Positions 48,974-59,641 are shown, counted from the first letter of the stretch. The stretch: 64,000 bases of DNA from Candidatus Latescibacterota bacterium (GCA_965261395.1 OZ253462.1:320001-384000); one strand, 5' to 3'. Notes: generated by a model from the letters alone, not told the origin. Program-made: numbers and translations.

Positions 48974-51505
48974 GTGGAAGAACACAGCCAGGACTTGGAG
49001 CAGTCTGAACAGAAGGCGCTCTTGGTCCTGTTCTTTTTTTCGGGGGTCAGCAGTTTAGTCTATCAGGTCGTGTGGGCGCGGATGCTGACCGTGGTCTTCG
49101 GCACCACCCTACTGGCTACTAGCACTGTGCTCAGCGCCTTCATGGCTGGCCTAGCCTTGGGTAGCTGGGTTTTGGGGCGGCACATCGACCGCTGCAAACA
49201 CCCGCTGCGGATTTTTGCAGCGCTAGAAGTCGGCATCGGTCTTTTTGCCCTTTTCTTTCCCAGTATTAGTGCGAGTTTGGGCAATGCCTACGGGGGTTTG
49301 GTCGGGTTACAGGGGAACTTCTATCTCTTTTCCCTAGCCCGCTTCGGCCTTTGCTTTGCCTTGCTCCTGATTCCCACGGCGCTGATGGGGGGCACCCTAC
49401 CGGTCGTAGCCAAGTTTGCGGTGCGGCGACTGGGCGGATTGGGCAGTAGCGTGGGGCAGCTCTATGCAGTCAACACGCTGGGCGCGGTCGTCGGGGTGTT
49501 GGCGGCGACCTTCGGGCTGATGGAAGGGCTGGGTTTGCAGGGGACGACGCAAGCCATCGCCGTGGTGAATTTCTTGGTGGCGGGCGCGGCTTGGCTGTGG
49601 GGGGGGCAAAGAGCTGTCGATGTCGGCGCAGGGGCGGCAACAAAGACCTCGCATTCTGACCGCGTCCTGTGGGGTGTGCTGGCCGGCTTTGCACTCTCCG
49701 GTTTTGCGGCCTTGGGCTACGAAGTGGCGTGGATGCGGCTCTTGATGGTGAGTTTTTCCTTCAATTCACACTACGAATTCAGCATTGTCTTGGTGGCCTT
49801 TTTGAGTGGACTAGCCTTGGGGGGATGGCTGGGCAGTCGGCTGCTCACGCGACGGCCAGATTTGCTGTCGATTTTTGTCTGGGTCCAATTTTTGATCGGC
49901 GCGTGCGGTGCCCTGTCCGTGTTGGCCTTTGCCCATTTATCCGCTCTTGTGGAGCCGATCCAGCGGGCGGACTCGTGGTGGGTGTCGAGGACCGGCGTGT
50001 TTTTTACGGCCGTCGCCATCATGTTGCTGCCGACCTTGGCGATGGGGGTCATCTTTCCGCTGGTCGGCCAAATCTACACGCGACAACTGGCGCGTCTAGG
50101 GCGCGGCATAGGGGATATAGGCGCGGTCAACAGCTTCGGCGCGGTTGGGGGGGCCTTTGTGACGGGGTTTGTGCTGATTCCGCTGCTGGGGACTGAGTGG
50201 AGCGTCAAAGTGCTGGCGGCGTTGAACGGCTTGGTTGGCCTATCCATCGCCTTGATTAGCCAGCAACGCAAGCGGCTGGTCTGGGGCGGGGCGGCGGGTT
50301 TGGCCCTCCTGCTAGTCCTAGTACCCTCGGATGTGCTGCGGCGCATTGCGGAGCCAGCGGCCGCCAACCGGGAACTGGTATTTTACCAAGAGGGTGCCGA
50401 AGGCGTTATCACCGTCGAACAACAAACCGATGGTTTCCGCAAAATGGCGCTCAATGGGGGCGGGCAGGTTCCCACCGACTATAGCTCGCTGCAAATTTTC
50501 CGCCTCCTCGGCCATTTGCCCCTGCTTCTGCATCCCGACCCGCAGGAGGTGTTGGTCGTCTCCTTGGGCGGCGGGATCGCCTTGGGTGGCGCAGCCCAAT
50601 ACGAGCCGCGACGCATCACTTGCGTTGAGTTGGTGCCGGAGGTAATAGACGCGGCCCGGGCACACTTTGGCGAATTTAATCACCACGTGCTTGAGAATCC
50701 GACTGCGTGGAATATCGAATTAGTGATCGACGATGGCCGGAATTTTCTCCTCTCCAGCCGCGACACCTACCAAATCATCACCGGGGACGCCACCCATCCG
50801 ACGAGCGCCGATAGCTGGGTGCTCTACACAAAGGAATTTTACCAGTTGTGCCGGGGACGCCTAAGTGCCGACGGAATCATGGCCCAATGGTTGCCCTTTC
50901 ACGGCCTACCTCCAGACGACTACCAGACCATCGTGCGGACCTTTCAGCACGTCTTTCCCCACGCCACCTTGTGGCGCTCGAACAACTATTCGATCATGGT
51001 GGGGACCATGCAGCCATTGGCGATTGATTGGGAGAGGCTCAAAGAGAAGATGGCACCGCCGCGAGTACATCGCAGTCTGGAGGGCATTGATCTGGGAAAC
51101 GCATTTGCGCTTTTGAATAGCCTAGTGATGGACGAGGAGACCCTGCGACGCTATGTGGGAGAAGGCCCGCTCAACACCGACGATCATCCCTATATCAGCT
51201 TTGTCAGCCCGAAGGGCTACAGCAGCGGCTCGTGGGAAGTATTGGAGCATTTGGCTCCGCACCGCACCTCGGCTCTGTCGCTGCTGACGGCATCCTCTGC
51301 TACCATACGGGAAAAAATGGAGATCTATTTCAGGGCTGGAGAGCACGCGCTAGCGGGGGATGTCATGCGGCTGCAAAACCGCGACCGGGCCGCGGCAAGG
51401 GCTTATCAGCGCGCACTACAGGCGAATCCCGCGGATAGATCGTCGGCCTATTTTCTCGAACTACTGGCCGAGCAGCTCAATCGGCGATTGCCCCAAGACC
51501 AATAG
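48974..51505 (+). CDS. Fused membrane domain / spermidine-synthase-like SAM-dependent transferase with C-terminal TPR
   Basis: FFFSG-x-x-SLVYQVVW-x-R, LYAVNTLG, SLGGG, VELVPEV, DDGRNFL, LYTKEFY. Confidence 0.85.
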   Translation: MEEHSQDLEQSEQKALLVLFFFSGVSSLVYQVVWARMLTVVFGTTLLATSTVLSAFMAGLALGSWVLGRHIDRCKHPLRIFAALEVGIGLFALFFPSISASLGNAYGGLVGLQGNFYLFSLARFGLCFALLLIPTALMGGTLPVVAKFAVRRLGGLGSSVGQLYAVNTLGAVVGVLAATFGLMEGLGLQGTTQAIAVVNFLVAGAAWLWGGQRAVDVGAGAATKTSHSDRVLWGVLAGFALSGFAALGYEVAWMRLLMVSFSFNSHYEFSIVLVAFLSGLALGGWLGSRLLTRRPDLLSIFVWVQFLIGACGALSVLAFAHLSALVEPIQRADSWWVSRTGVFFTAVAIMLLPTLAMGVIFPLVGQIYTRQLARLGRGIGDIGAVNSFGAVGGAFVTGFVLIPLLGTEWSVKVLAALNGLVGLSIALISQQRKRLVWGGAAGLALLLVLVPSDVLRRIAEPAAANRELVFYQEGAEGVITVEQQTDGFRKMALNGGGQVPTDYSSLQIFRLLGHLPLLLHPDPQEVLVVSLGGGIALGGAAQYEPRRITCVELVPEVIDAARAHFGEFNHHVLENPTAWNIELVIDDGRNFLLSSRDTYQIITGDATHPTSADSWVLYTKEFYQLCRGRLSADGIMAQWLPFHGLPPDDYQTIVRTFQHVFPHATLWRSNNYSIMVGTMQPLAIDWERLKEKMAPPRVHRSLEGIDLGNAFALLNSLVMDEETLRRYVGEGPLNTDDHPYISFVSPKGYSSGSWEVLEHLAPHRTSALSLLTASSATIREKMEIYFRAGEHALAGDVMRLQNRDRAAARAYQRALQANPADRSSAYFLELLAEQLNRRLPQDQ

Positions 51506-51511
51506 GGGTCT

Positions 51512-53452
51512 ATGATCGCCAACGACAAAGGACGGGTGCCGTATCGGGCCTTGCTCGTCGGCGCTTTGATGGCCGTGGTGATCAACACGGTTTTTCCCTA
51601 TGGCCTTTTGGTGATGGGAACCCTCGATTGGACCGGGGACTTCATCGCCCTGAGTGCGATCTTCCTCCTCTTTCTCCTGTTATTGGTCAACATTCCGCTC
51701 AAATGGATCGGGCGCAAATGGAGCTTGTCGGCTCGGGAGCTGGTGGTGATCTACGCCATGATGGCCGCGGCTTCGGCGATTCCCTCCACTGGGGTCACGG
51801 CTCAATTGGTTCCCTTTTTGGCTGGGGTCTATTACTATGCCACGCCCGAAAACAACTGGGCCGAACTGCTCCACCCCTATATCCAGCCGTGGCTGGCACC
51901 GCAAGACCCGATGGCGGTCAAGTACTTCTACGAAGGGCTGCCCCAAGAGATGGCCATCCCCTGGGGAGTATGGTTGGTACCCCTGTTGGCGTGGGCTTCT
52001 TTTTTGGGGGCGCTCTATTTGATGATGATCGCCCTGTCGGCTCTGCTCCACCAACAATGGGCCCGCAACGAGCGCTTGATCTTCCCGCTCGTCCAGTTGC
52101 CGCTGTACATGATCCACGAGGACGATAGACCCTCGGCGGTCAACCCCTTTCTGAAGGAACCGCTGATGTGGTTGGGGTTTGCCATTCCCTTCGTCCTATT
52201 GGGAATCAATGCCCTGCACAAGTACTATCCCTTTGTGCCCCCCATCCAGTTGTCAACCCAATTGGCCGTCTTCCACGATATGCGGGGCGTCTTGTTCAAC
52301 TTGTGGTTTATCGTCCTTGGCCTGACGTACTTCCTGAGCCTGGAGGTCTCCTTTAGCCTGTGGTTTTTTTACTTGCTCAACTTCTTTCAGTTGGGCCTTT
52401 TCAACACCCTCGGGTTCAGCATTGCAGAAATCCGGCTGATGCACACCGAAGGGTCCATCGCCACCGCCCAGCAGGCTATTGGGGCGTTGATTGCCCTCGT
52501 GGCGGCCAGCTTGTGGACTGCCCGCCGGCACCTCAAAGAGGTGGTCGTCGGGGCGTGGAAAAAGAAGGAACCGGGAGAGGACACAGGGCAGATTCTCTCC
52601 TACCGCAAGGCCGTGTGGCTCCTGATCGGGGCCTTCCTCTACGCGGTTATATGGTTAAAAAGCGCGGGATTGCCCCTAGGGGCGGCGCTGCTGTTGCTCT
52701 TTATCGCCTTTGTGGTATTCGTCGGTTTGACGCGGATTGTCGCCGAAGGGGGCATGGGGTATGGCCGGACGCAGATGACGCCAACAGCCTTTGCGATCAA
52801 CGCGCTGGGCACGGCACCCATTGGGCCGCGAGGATTGATGGTGCTCGGGTTTGCCAATGGCTGGGCCGGGGATATCCGCACGACCGTTATGGCCGCAGCC
52901 TCCAACAGTACCCGGCTGGCCGAGGTCGTCGGGACGCGGCGGCCACCGCTCTTTTGGGCTTTGCTCATAGCCATCGCCGTAAGTCTGGTCGCCTCGGCTT
53001 GGACGGTACTTTCCATCGCCTACACCTACGGCGGGGTCAATCTACACTACTGGTTTTATAGCATCATGGGCCGCTGGACGTTTAACGATATGGCGACGAA
53101 TCAACTCAATCCGGTGGCCGCGTGGAATTTTTGGGGTCCACGCGGTGCGTTCACCGGCTTGGGAGCCGGGCTGATGTTTCTGTTGTTGTACTTGCGCCAC
53201 CGCTTCTTGTGGTGGCCCATCCACCCAATCGGCCTGCCGGTGGGGGGTACCTATGTAATGTTTTTCGCTTGGTCCAGTATGGCGTTGGGCTGGCTGGCGA
53301 AATGGATCGTATTGAAGTACGGTGGAGTTAAACTCTTCCGCCGGCTGCGGCCCTTTTTTCTCGGCATGGTGTTGGGCCAAGTCAGCAGTGCGGGTTTGTG
53401 GATGGCGGTGGATTTGATTGCAGGGTTGGATGCAGTGGTGACGCGATGGTAG
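51512..53452 (+). CDS. DUF6785-like multi-TM putative transporter (paralog of 31210-33369)
   Basis: QWARNERLIFPL, RIVAEGG, WWPIHPIG, PFFLGMVLG. Confidence 0.78.
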   Translation: MIANDKGRVPYRALLVGALMAVVINTVFPYGLLVMGTLDWTGDFIALSAIFLLFLLLLVNIPLKWIGRKWSLSARELVVIYAMMAAASAIPSTGVTAQLVPFLAGVYYYATPENNWAELLHPYIQPWLAPQDPMAVKYFYEGLPQEMAIPWGVWLVPLLAWASFLGALYLMMIALSALLHQQWARNERLIFPLVQLPLYMIHEDDRPSAVNPFLKEPLMWLGFAIPFVLLGINALHKYYPFVPPIQLSTQLAVFHDMRGVLFNLWFIVLGLTYFLSLEVSFSLWFFYLLNFFQLGLFNTLGFSIAEIRLMHTEGSIATAQQAIGALIALVAASLWTARRHLKEVVVGAWKKKEPGEDTGQILSYRKAVWLLIGAFLYAVIWLKSAGLPLGAALLLLFIAFVVFVGLTRIVAEGGMGYGRTQMTPTAFAINALGTAPIGPRGLMVLGFANGWAGDIRTTVMAAASNSTRLAEVVGTRRPPLFWALLIAIAVSLVASAWTVLSIAYTYGGVNLHYWFYSIMGRWTFNDMATNQLNPVAAWNFWGPRGAFTGLGAGLMFLLLYLRHRFLWWPIHPIGLPVGGTYVMFFAWSSMALGWLAKWIVLKYGGVKLFRRLRPFFLGMVLGQVSSAGLWMAVDLIAGLDAVVTRW

Positions 53453-53475
53453 CTCATTCGGCCGGCTCCCAATTC

Positions 53476-55119
53476 CTAATCAGCCGGCTCGCGCACGGTC
53501 AGCACCTGATTGGCCGCCACATCGCGCAGCGTCTGGACTGTACCACTAGGCCAGTGGAGGACGACGCTTTCTACGATGGGAGCGGTTCCCAAGCCAAAAT
53601 GCACTTTGAGATCGCTGTGGGATAGGAAGCCGGTGCCGCTGCGTACCTCGGCGGTCTGGCGTTTACCTTGGGCGTTTATCTCGATCCAGGTGCCGATTCC
53701 GTCGCGGTTGCTGCGGGTGCCTACGGTGGCGATTTGCAAGTAGTTGCCCTCGTTGCCGCCATCGTTGCGCAGGAGGTTGGGAGTGCTGTTGAGATTTAAG
53801 ACGAAGAGGTCTATATCGCCGTCGCGATCGTAGTCGGCAAAGCTGGCACCTCGGCTCACCTCGACTAAGGCAAAGCCCGGGCCGGCGCGTGCGGCAACTT
53901 CGGCAAAGGTGCCGTCGCCCAAGTTTTGGTAGAGGAAGTTAGGCTCGGCATAGCTGCTGTTGGTATGGGGCAAATCGGCTTGGGGGTAGGTGTGGCCATT
54001 GGCCGCGAAGAGGTCTTGGTCGCCGTCGTTGTCAAAGTCGAAAAATCCTGTGCCCCACCCCACCTCGGGAATGCCCCACGCCGCAATGCGGGAGACGAAG
54101 GATACGTCGAGGAAAAATCCACCGCGCTGATTTTTGTAGAGGGTATTGTACTCGCCTTCAAAATTGGTGACAAAGATATCGAAGTAGCCATCGTTGTCGT
54201 AATCGCCGACCGCCGCGCCCATGCACCCCTGTTCGGTGCCGTCGCCGCTATAGGCCACGCCCGCACCGAGGCCCTCGTCTGCAAAGGTGCCGTCGCCTTG
54301 GTTTTGGTACAGATTGTTAGGGGCCGAGTCGTTGGCGACGAAAATATCGGGCCAGCCATTGCGGTCGAAATCGCCGAAGACGACCCCGTACCCATAGTAC
54401 TTTGCGCCGGCAATGCCGGCTTCCTCGCTGCGGTCGGCCAAGGTGCCGTCACCGCGGTTGTGATAGAATACATCGCCGGCGGGCAGCAAGCCGCGCGGAC
54501 CGCAAAAAATATCGACGGTCTTCCACACGCAGGGGACGGTAGAAGTATAGTCCCGCGAAAAGTCGATATAATTGGCCACGTACAGATCGACGTAGCCGTC
54601 TAGATCGGCATCGCCGAAAGCACAGCCGACGCCCCATCGCTTGTCCCCGACGCCGGCTTTTTCAGTAATATCCTCAAAGATACCATCGCCCTGATTCTGG
54701 TAGAAGGTATTGCGGCCATAGTTGGTCACATACAAGTCCAGATCGCCATCGTTGTCGTAGTCCGCGGCGGCGCAACCCATGGACCAACTCGTGTCGCCCA
54801 CCCCCGCGGCGGTAGTGATATCGACAAAGCGATCCCCTTGGTTGCGATAGAGATGATTGGTCGGTTCTTCGCCCGGTGGAAAGCCTTCAAAGCGGGAGCC
54901 GTTGGCGACGTATAGATCGACGTCGCCATCGCTGTCGTAGTCGAAAAAGGCCGTGCCCCCTATAGCCGTTTCAACGATGTATTCTTGGGTGCTGCCCGAG
55001 ACGTTCCGCGTAGTGATGCCGAGTGCGGCAGCTTGGTCGGTGAACTGAGTAGGCAGGGGTTGGGCTGAGAGGAGAGCCGTACACAGGAGGATGAAGATCC
55101 CGCTTACTAGCGCGTGCAT
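53476..55119 (-). CDS. Secreted CRTAC1-family protein (FG-GAP + ASPIC/UnbV)
   Basis: DYDxDGDxD loops, SNRDGIG, HFGLG, WPSG; start re-set to MHALVS. Confidence 0.88.
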   Translation of the reverse strand: MHALVSGIFILLCTALLSAQPLPTQFTDQAAALGITTRNVSGSTQEYIVETAIGGTAFFDYDSDGDVDLYVANGSRFEGFPPGEEPTNHLYRNQGDRFVDITTAAGVGDTSWSMGCAAADYDNDGDLDLYVTNYGRNTFYQNQGDGIFEDITEKAGVGDKRWGVGCAFGDADLDGYVDLYVANYIDFSRDYTSTVPCVWKTVDIFCGPRGLLPAGDVFYHNRGDGTLADRSEEAGIAGAKYYGYGVVFGDFDRNGWPDIFVANDSAPNNLYQNQGDGTFADEGLGAGVAYSGDGTEQGCMGAAVGDYDNDGYFDIFVTNFEGEYNTLYKNQRGGFFLDVSFVSRIAAWGIPEVGWGTGFFDFDNDGDQDLFAANGHTYPQADLPHTNSSYAEPNFLYQNLGDGTFAEVAARAGPGFALVEVSRGASFADYDRDGDIDLFVLNLNSTPNLLRNDGGNEGNYLQIATVGTRSNRDGIGTWIEINAQGKRQTAEVRSGTGFLSHSDLKVHFGLGTAPIVESVVLHWPSGTVQTLRDVAANQVLTVREPAD

Positions 55120-55165
55120 CGATTTTGCTGCGAGATCAAAGACGAAGGCAGGGTGGCCGTCATAG

Positions 55166-56869
55166 CTAGGGAGCTGAAATTTTTCCAGCAAAGAACTGAA
55201 GGTCGAAATAGTTCAAAGAACCATCGTCCACTTCCACGGTGGGTTGTAGAGGGCCGCCACGGTTCTGGGTGAGAAAAATATAGGACTTGTACCCTCGGTC
55301 TGAAAGGCGTTGCAACAGGCGCTCGTAGTGTCTGGGAGTAGCGACGTAAAAGAAGGGCCTTTGGTAAAATTCGCTGCACAGGGCGTGGGGAACCCAGCGC
55401 TGGTTGGTGATGACGACCTCTTCGCTGCGCTGGCGCATCTCGCTATTGAGGCGATAGGAGAAGGCCTTCTTCTCTGCGAGAATCGAAACTCCATACACTT
55501 GAGCGGCAAAGCTGAGCGCTATAACAGCACCCACAGCGAGGACGCCTATGCTGAAGTGGGGCCGCTGGCGTTCTAGCCAGTCAATCGCGTTTCCGGCTGC
55601 TAAGACTGCGAAGAGCGGGTAGAGGATCAGGAAATAGCGGTTGCCCCAGTGGATGCCCATGGAACCCACCTTGGGCGCGGCCAAGGCGTAGAGTGTGGCA
55701 AAGCTCAAGGCGACCAGCCAAATCCAGCGTCTAAGCGGCGCATCGGAATTGGCGGAACGCAAGAAGGCTAGGGCTACAAAGGGAGCCGAGGCAAAGAGGG
55801 CATTGGACGATTTGAGCATGTAGTCGATGGGGCTCGCGTAGAAGAAGTAGCCCCCGAGCGACAAACCGGCGCTTATCAGGGCCAAGGCACTGTACGCGGG
55901 TACGGCCTTTTGCAAAGCCGGGGGCGCAAAGCGCGGGCTAAGTACAAAGGCGAGCACGAACGGAAGGGCGAGCACGAGGGATAGCGAGGGGATCGGGTTG
56001 GACGCTATGAAGAGGTTGTAAAACACCCGAGGCCGCGCCTCAAGATGGTGGACCCAGTCGGCGGCAGTGGATAGGTGCGTACTCAAATGGTAACCGAAGG
56101 GATGGCCGATGGTCAGCCATTGGAAGAGCCAGAGCGGCAGGAGAGAAACGAAGAGGATCAGGGCCGACGAGACGAGGATTTTTAATCTGCCGGCGCTGGC
56201 ATAAAAGGCGGTGCATAGAGCCAGCACTAGGCAAAGCAAATAGAACTCGTCTCTGAAATAGACCGATAGTCCGGCGGCGACCATGCCCAAGAATAGGTAC
56301 TTGGGGGCGGAGTCTGCGAGAAATTGCAACAGATAGCGCACGCTCCAAATCCCCAAGCAGATCGCCGGGACGTGTTCCCATAAGACGAGACTGTAAAAAA
56401 ATACCGGCGTACAGAGTCCGGCCGTGAGGACGGCGACATGCGCGACCACAATTCGCGGGGTGACCAAACGCGCCACTTGGGCCAAGCCGGCCAGCATCGC
56501 CAGCGAGGAAAGCGCCGGCAACAGATAAAGACCCCAATGGCCTACATGGGTAAAGAAAAGGGCGGAGATAAGGGCGAAGACCGGCGAGAAGACGGAATAG
56601 AGTTTGCCGGACTCAACGCGCGTGAAATAGTAGGGCAGGGGATTGTAGATGAAGTCAGGATCGACGATTTGCCCCGGCCAAGGGATGGAAAAGTCGGTGT
56701 AGCGGCTGTTGGCTAAGGCTTGGACTTGGAGGAATTTGTTGGCGTTATCGGTAATCCAAAAGCCGCGTTTTTCGAGGACGCAGAGGGCTGCTACATAGCA
56801 GACTGAGACGGCGAGTAGAGAGCACAGGACCGATCTGCCGGGATGGAATCGGCGGAAGAGGACGACCAT
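55166..56869 (-). CDS. Polytopic membrane protein, putative GT-C glycosyltransferase-like
   Basis: TD after TM1, WEH, YFRDE and WGNRY loop motifs; many TM segments. Confidence 0.5.
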   Translation of the reverse strand: MVVLFRRFHPGRSVLCSLLAVSVCYVAALCVLEKRGFWITDNANKFLQVQALANSRYTDFSIPWPGQIVDPDFIYNPLPYYFTRVESGKLYSVFSPVFALISALFFTHVGHWGLYLLPALSSLAMLAGLAQVARLVTPRIVVAHVAVLTAGLCTPVFFYSLVLWEHVPAICLGIWSVRYLLQFLADSAPKYLFLGMVAAGLSVYFRDEFYLLCLVLALCTAFYASAGRLKILVSSALILFVSLLPLWLFQWLTIGHPFGYHLSTHLSTAADWVHHLEARPRVFYNLFIASNPIPSLSLVLALPFVLAFVLSPRFAPPALQKAVPAYSALALISAGLSLGGYFFYASPIDYMLKSSNALFASAPFVALAFLRSANSDAPLRRWIWLVALSFATLYALAAPKVGSMGIHWGNRYFLILYPLFAVLAAGNAIDWLERQRPHFSIGVLAVGAVIALSFAAQVYGVSILAEKKAFSYRLNSEMRQRSEEVVITNQRWVPHALCSEFYQRPFFYVATPRHYERLLQRLSDRGYKSYIFLTQNRGGPLQPTVEVDDGSLNYFDLQFFAGKISAP

Positions 56870-56914
56870 GTATGGGGTGCAGCGGAATTTAGAGGTGCGA
56901 CCAAGAAGAACGTT

Positions 56915-57949
56915 TTACGGCGAACTGGCCGATAAATTGTCGAAGACGATGAACTGATGCTCGGCCAATCCGAGTCGCTCGGCCAGTTCATAGCCAGCGC
57001 TCATGGGCAGCGAGGAGTTTAATTCCACAATCATCAAATCCCGCTCTCCGGTGCCGATCTGGCCCAACTTGGCCAGCCCGTCTAAGTTGCTCAGGAGGGG
57101 ATTGCCGCCAATATAGAGGCTTTTACCCACCTGCCTGAGATTGTCCAGTCCATCCAAGTTTTGCAGGGCTTGGTTGCGGTTTATGCTCAAAGCGCCTCCG
57201 ACCTCCGCCAGAGTATTTAACCCCTCCAAGCTCTTGAGGGCGGGATGTCCATCGATCATCAATCCGCCCTTAATAGTCGCAATCCCGTCCAAACCCCGCA
57301 GGTCTTTGAGCGCACCATTGAATATGAGCAGCAAATCCCCCTCTACCACGGAGAGGCTGCCCAGCCCCTTTAGGTCGCGCAGGGCCTTATTATCCCTGGT
57401 CTTGATACTGCCCCCTACGTGGGTCAGTCCGCTCAGACCATCTATGTGAATCAGCTCGGTCGTGGCATCGACAAAGAGATGGCCGCCTACGCGCCTGAGC
57501 GCTTTGAGCCCATCCAGATCCCGCAGCGAAAAATTACAGCTAATCTCGAAATTTCCCCCCACGCGTTCTAGCTGTTCCAACCCGTGCAGTGCAATCAATC
57601 CATTGGCGAGAATATAGAAATTCCCCTCTACATAGCCGAGATTGTGCAGCCCCTTCAAGTCCGTCAATGCCCCATTATTCCGAATTACTAAATCTCCCTC
57701 TACTCCCACCAGATTGTGCAGCGGCTCCATACTACTCAAGTACGCGTCCTCGAATAAAAAATCTCCCTGCACCACAAAGGCTCCCTTCTGCGCCCCCGCC
57801 CAAGCATCTAACTCCTCCTGCGACCCAATAGTTATCGCCCCAGTCCCACCAACAGCCAGCGGCTCTTCAGCCCCTCCATGACAGCCACCCCAAAGGGCGG
57901 CCCCCAAGACAGATACTCCAAAACCCAATCTCCAACTAGCCATACTCAT
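56915..57949 (-). CDS. Receptor-L-domain (LRR-like) lipoprotein
   Basis: LWGGC lipobox-like; about 9 repeats of ~25 aa L.GL..L..VGG.L.I..N..L. Confidence 0.78.
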   Translation of the reverse strand: MSMASWRLGFGVSVLGAALWGGCHGGAEEPLAVGGTGAITIGSQEELDAWAGAQKGAFVVQGDFLFEDAYLSSMEPLHNLVGVEGDLVIRNNGALTDLKGLHNLGYVEGNFYILANGLIALHGLEQLERVGGNFEISCNFSLRDLDGLKALRRVGGHLFVDATTELIHIDGLSGLTHVGGSIKTRDNKALRDLKGLGSLSVVEGDLLLIFNGALKDLRGLDGIATIKGGLMIDGHPALKSLEGLNTLAEVGGALSINRNQALQNLDGLDNLRQVGKSLYIGGNPLLSNLDGLAKLGQIGTGERDLMIVELNSSLPMSAGYELAERLGLAEHQFIVFDNLSASSP

Positions 57950-59616
57950 CCCCCCTGCACGGCTTCCTCCCCTTCCTGAATTTTCAACAAATTCTCCTCG
58001 AAAATTTCGACCGAGTACTTCTTGTGTAACCCGCGCATATACTGCACGTACGCCTTTTGCGACCGGGCAATTTGTACGTAAGCCCGCGCCCGCCGTTGCG
58101 AAAAAACATGGTAGGGCTTCTTGGGGGGTGGCTGCTTCTCCACCACCTTGAACACCGAATACCCCCCTCTCACCTTTACCGGTCCCCCCACATCCCCCAC
58201 CTGCAGATCTTTGGCTACTTTGTACAGATCTTGGTACAGCCCCACCGGACTCAAGACCAACCGTCCCTCGTGGTGCGCCCGCTCCTTGCGAATCGTATAG
58301 TCCCTAGCCAATTGCACCGCGTCGGCATCGCCCATCAACTCCTCTTGCAGACTGTGGGCCTGCTCCTTAAAGGCCACCAGAATCTCGGTCGCGATAATAT
58401 TCTCAAAGCCCTGAAATTTCTCGGGATTTTGATCGTAAAAGACTCGCGCCTCTGCATCGGTGATCGGTGGCAGCCGCTCCTCAACCTCTCGCTTTCTCAA
58501 CGCGCTCACCAGCATATCGCTGCGCTTATTGGCCACCGCTGCGAGGATCATCTGATTTTTGTCCAGTCCCTTGCCGCGGGCCTCTGCCAAAAACATCCGA
58601 TTGGGGATGACCGAATCCTGTAGATAATCGACGATCCAGTCTCGCTCATAATCGCGCGAATAGCCCTCTTCTTTCTCCGGTACGCTCAGGACGAGATCGT
58701 CAATAGTGAGCGTGCCGCCTTTGTAGCGGCACAATACCTCTTCACCCTCCTCGGGCGACGCTACCCGTTCTTCAGGCGACAGCGCTAGGCGCATCAGCAC
58801 ATGGTCTATCTTGTCGTAGTGAATTTGCGGCGCGTACTGGTCGTTGAGCGAATCGCGCAGAGCTTGGGCGCGCTGTAGGCGCTTTTGGCCGAAGACCTCC
58901 TCCCTGACAAACTGGGCTACCTCCCGAACGGCGACAGGAGCATCGTCTAAAACCTTGACGATCACATAGCGCTGCGGGTCGCCACCCCACGACAGTGGCT
59001 CGGAGATCTCGCCGACCTGCATGGAAAAGATACTCCGGAGCGGTGGAGCCGTATCGTCAATCGTATAGTACTTTTCCACATCCCCGCCTTGGTCCCGCGT
59101 CGCCTCGTAGAGCGAGTACTCTCTGGCCAGTTGGCGGAAATCAGCGCCGGCCTCTAGTTCGTCGAGCAGTTCAAAGGCCTCGTCCCGGGTCGCCACCAAA
59201 ATACCCGCATAGCGCAGCGCTCGGTCTCGGTGTGAATCCCGGTAGTGCTGCATCAACTCCTCTTCGGCAATGGAAATCTGCTGACCAATCTCCATACTTT
59301 TGTAGAGTCTGACGGTCTGATCCTCAGCGAATTGCTCGACCTTGCGCTTAAACTCCAGTTCGTCGCCAATGCCAGCTCGTTCCGCTTCGGCGAGCAATAG
59401 TTTTTTGTCGATTAGTCCGTTGAGTAGAATCCGGTCGGCCTCGATACCGGTCTTACCCATCTGGTAGGCTTTGGGAATATTCGCGGCATAGGCTCTGAAT
59501 TCGCTGACGGCGATGGGTTGATCTTCTATCTGGGCGAGTACTAGCTCGTCTTGGGCTGCACAAGGAAGCGAGATCCCTAGGATGCAAACGCCTGAGCGCA
59601 GTAGTCCATTCTTCAT
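57946..59616 (-). CDS. SurA/PrsA-like parvulin PPIase with duplicated modules
   Basis: GADFRQLAREYS...GGD, VGEISEP; second module LARDYT...VGDVGGPV..GYSVFKV. Confidence 0.8.
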   Translation of the reverse strand: MKNGLLRSGVCILGISLPCAAQDELVLAQIEDQPIAVSEFRAYAANIPKAYQMGKTGIEADRILLNGLIDKKLLLAEAERAGIGDELEFKRKVEQFAEDQTVRLYKSMEIGQQISIAEEELMQHYRDSHRDRALRYAGILVATRDEAFELLDELEAGADFRQLAREYSLYEATRDQGGDVEKYYTIDDTAPPLRSIFSMQVGEISEPLSWGGDPQRYVIVKVLDDAPVAVREVAQFVREEVFGQKRLQRAQALRDSLNDQYAPQIHYDKIDHVLMRLALSPEERVASPEEGEEVLCRYKGGTLTIDDLVLSVPEKEEGYSRDYERDWIVDYLQDSVIPNRMFLAEARGKGLDKNQMILAAVANKRSDMLVSALRKREVEERLPPITDAEARVFYDQNPEKFQGFENIIATEILVAFKEQAHSLQEELMGDADAVQLARDYTIRKERAHHEGRLVLSPVGLYQDLYKVAKDLQVGDVGGPVKVRGGYSVFKVVEKQPPPKKPYHVFSQRRARAYVQIARSQKAYVQYMRGLHKKYSVEIFEENLLKIQEGEEAVQGG

Positions 59617-59641
59617 AAATATAAAACCATTGTTTGTAGGG

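Noticed and set aside
38014-55119. Enediyne or other secondary-metabolite cluster based on UnbV domains
   Set aside because: No PKS, NRPS or thioesterase is present in the window.
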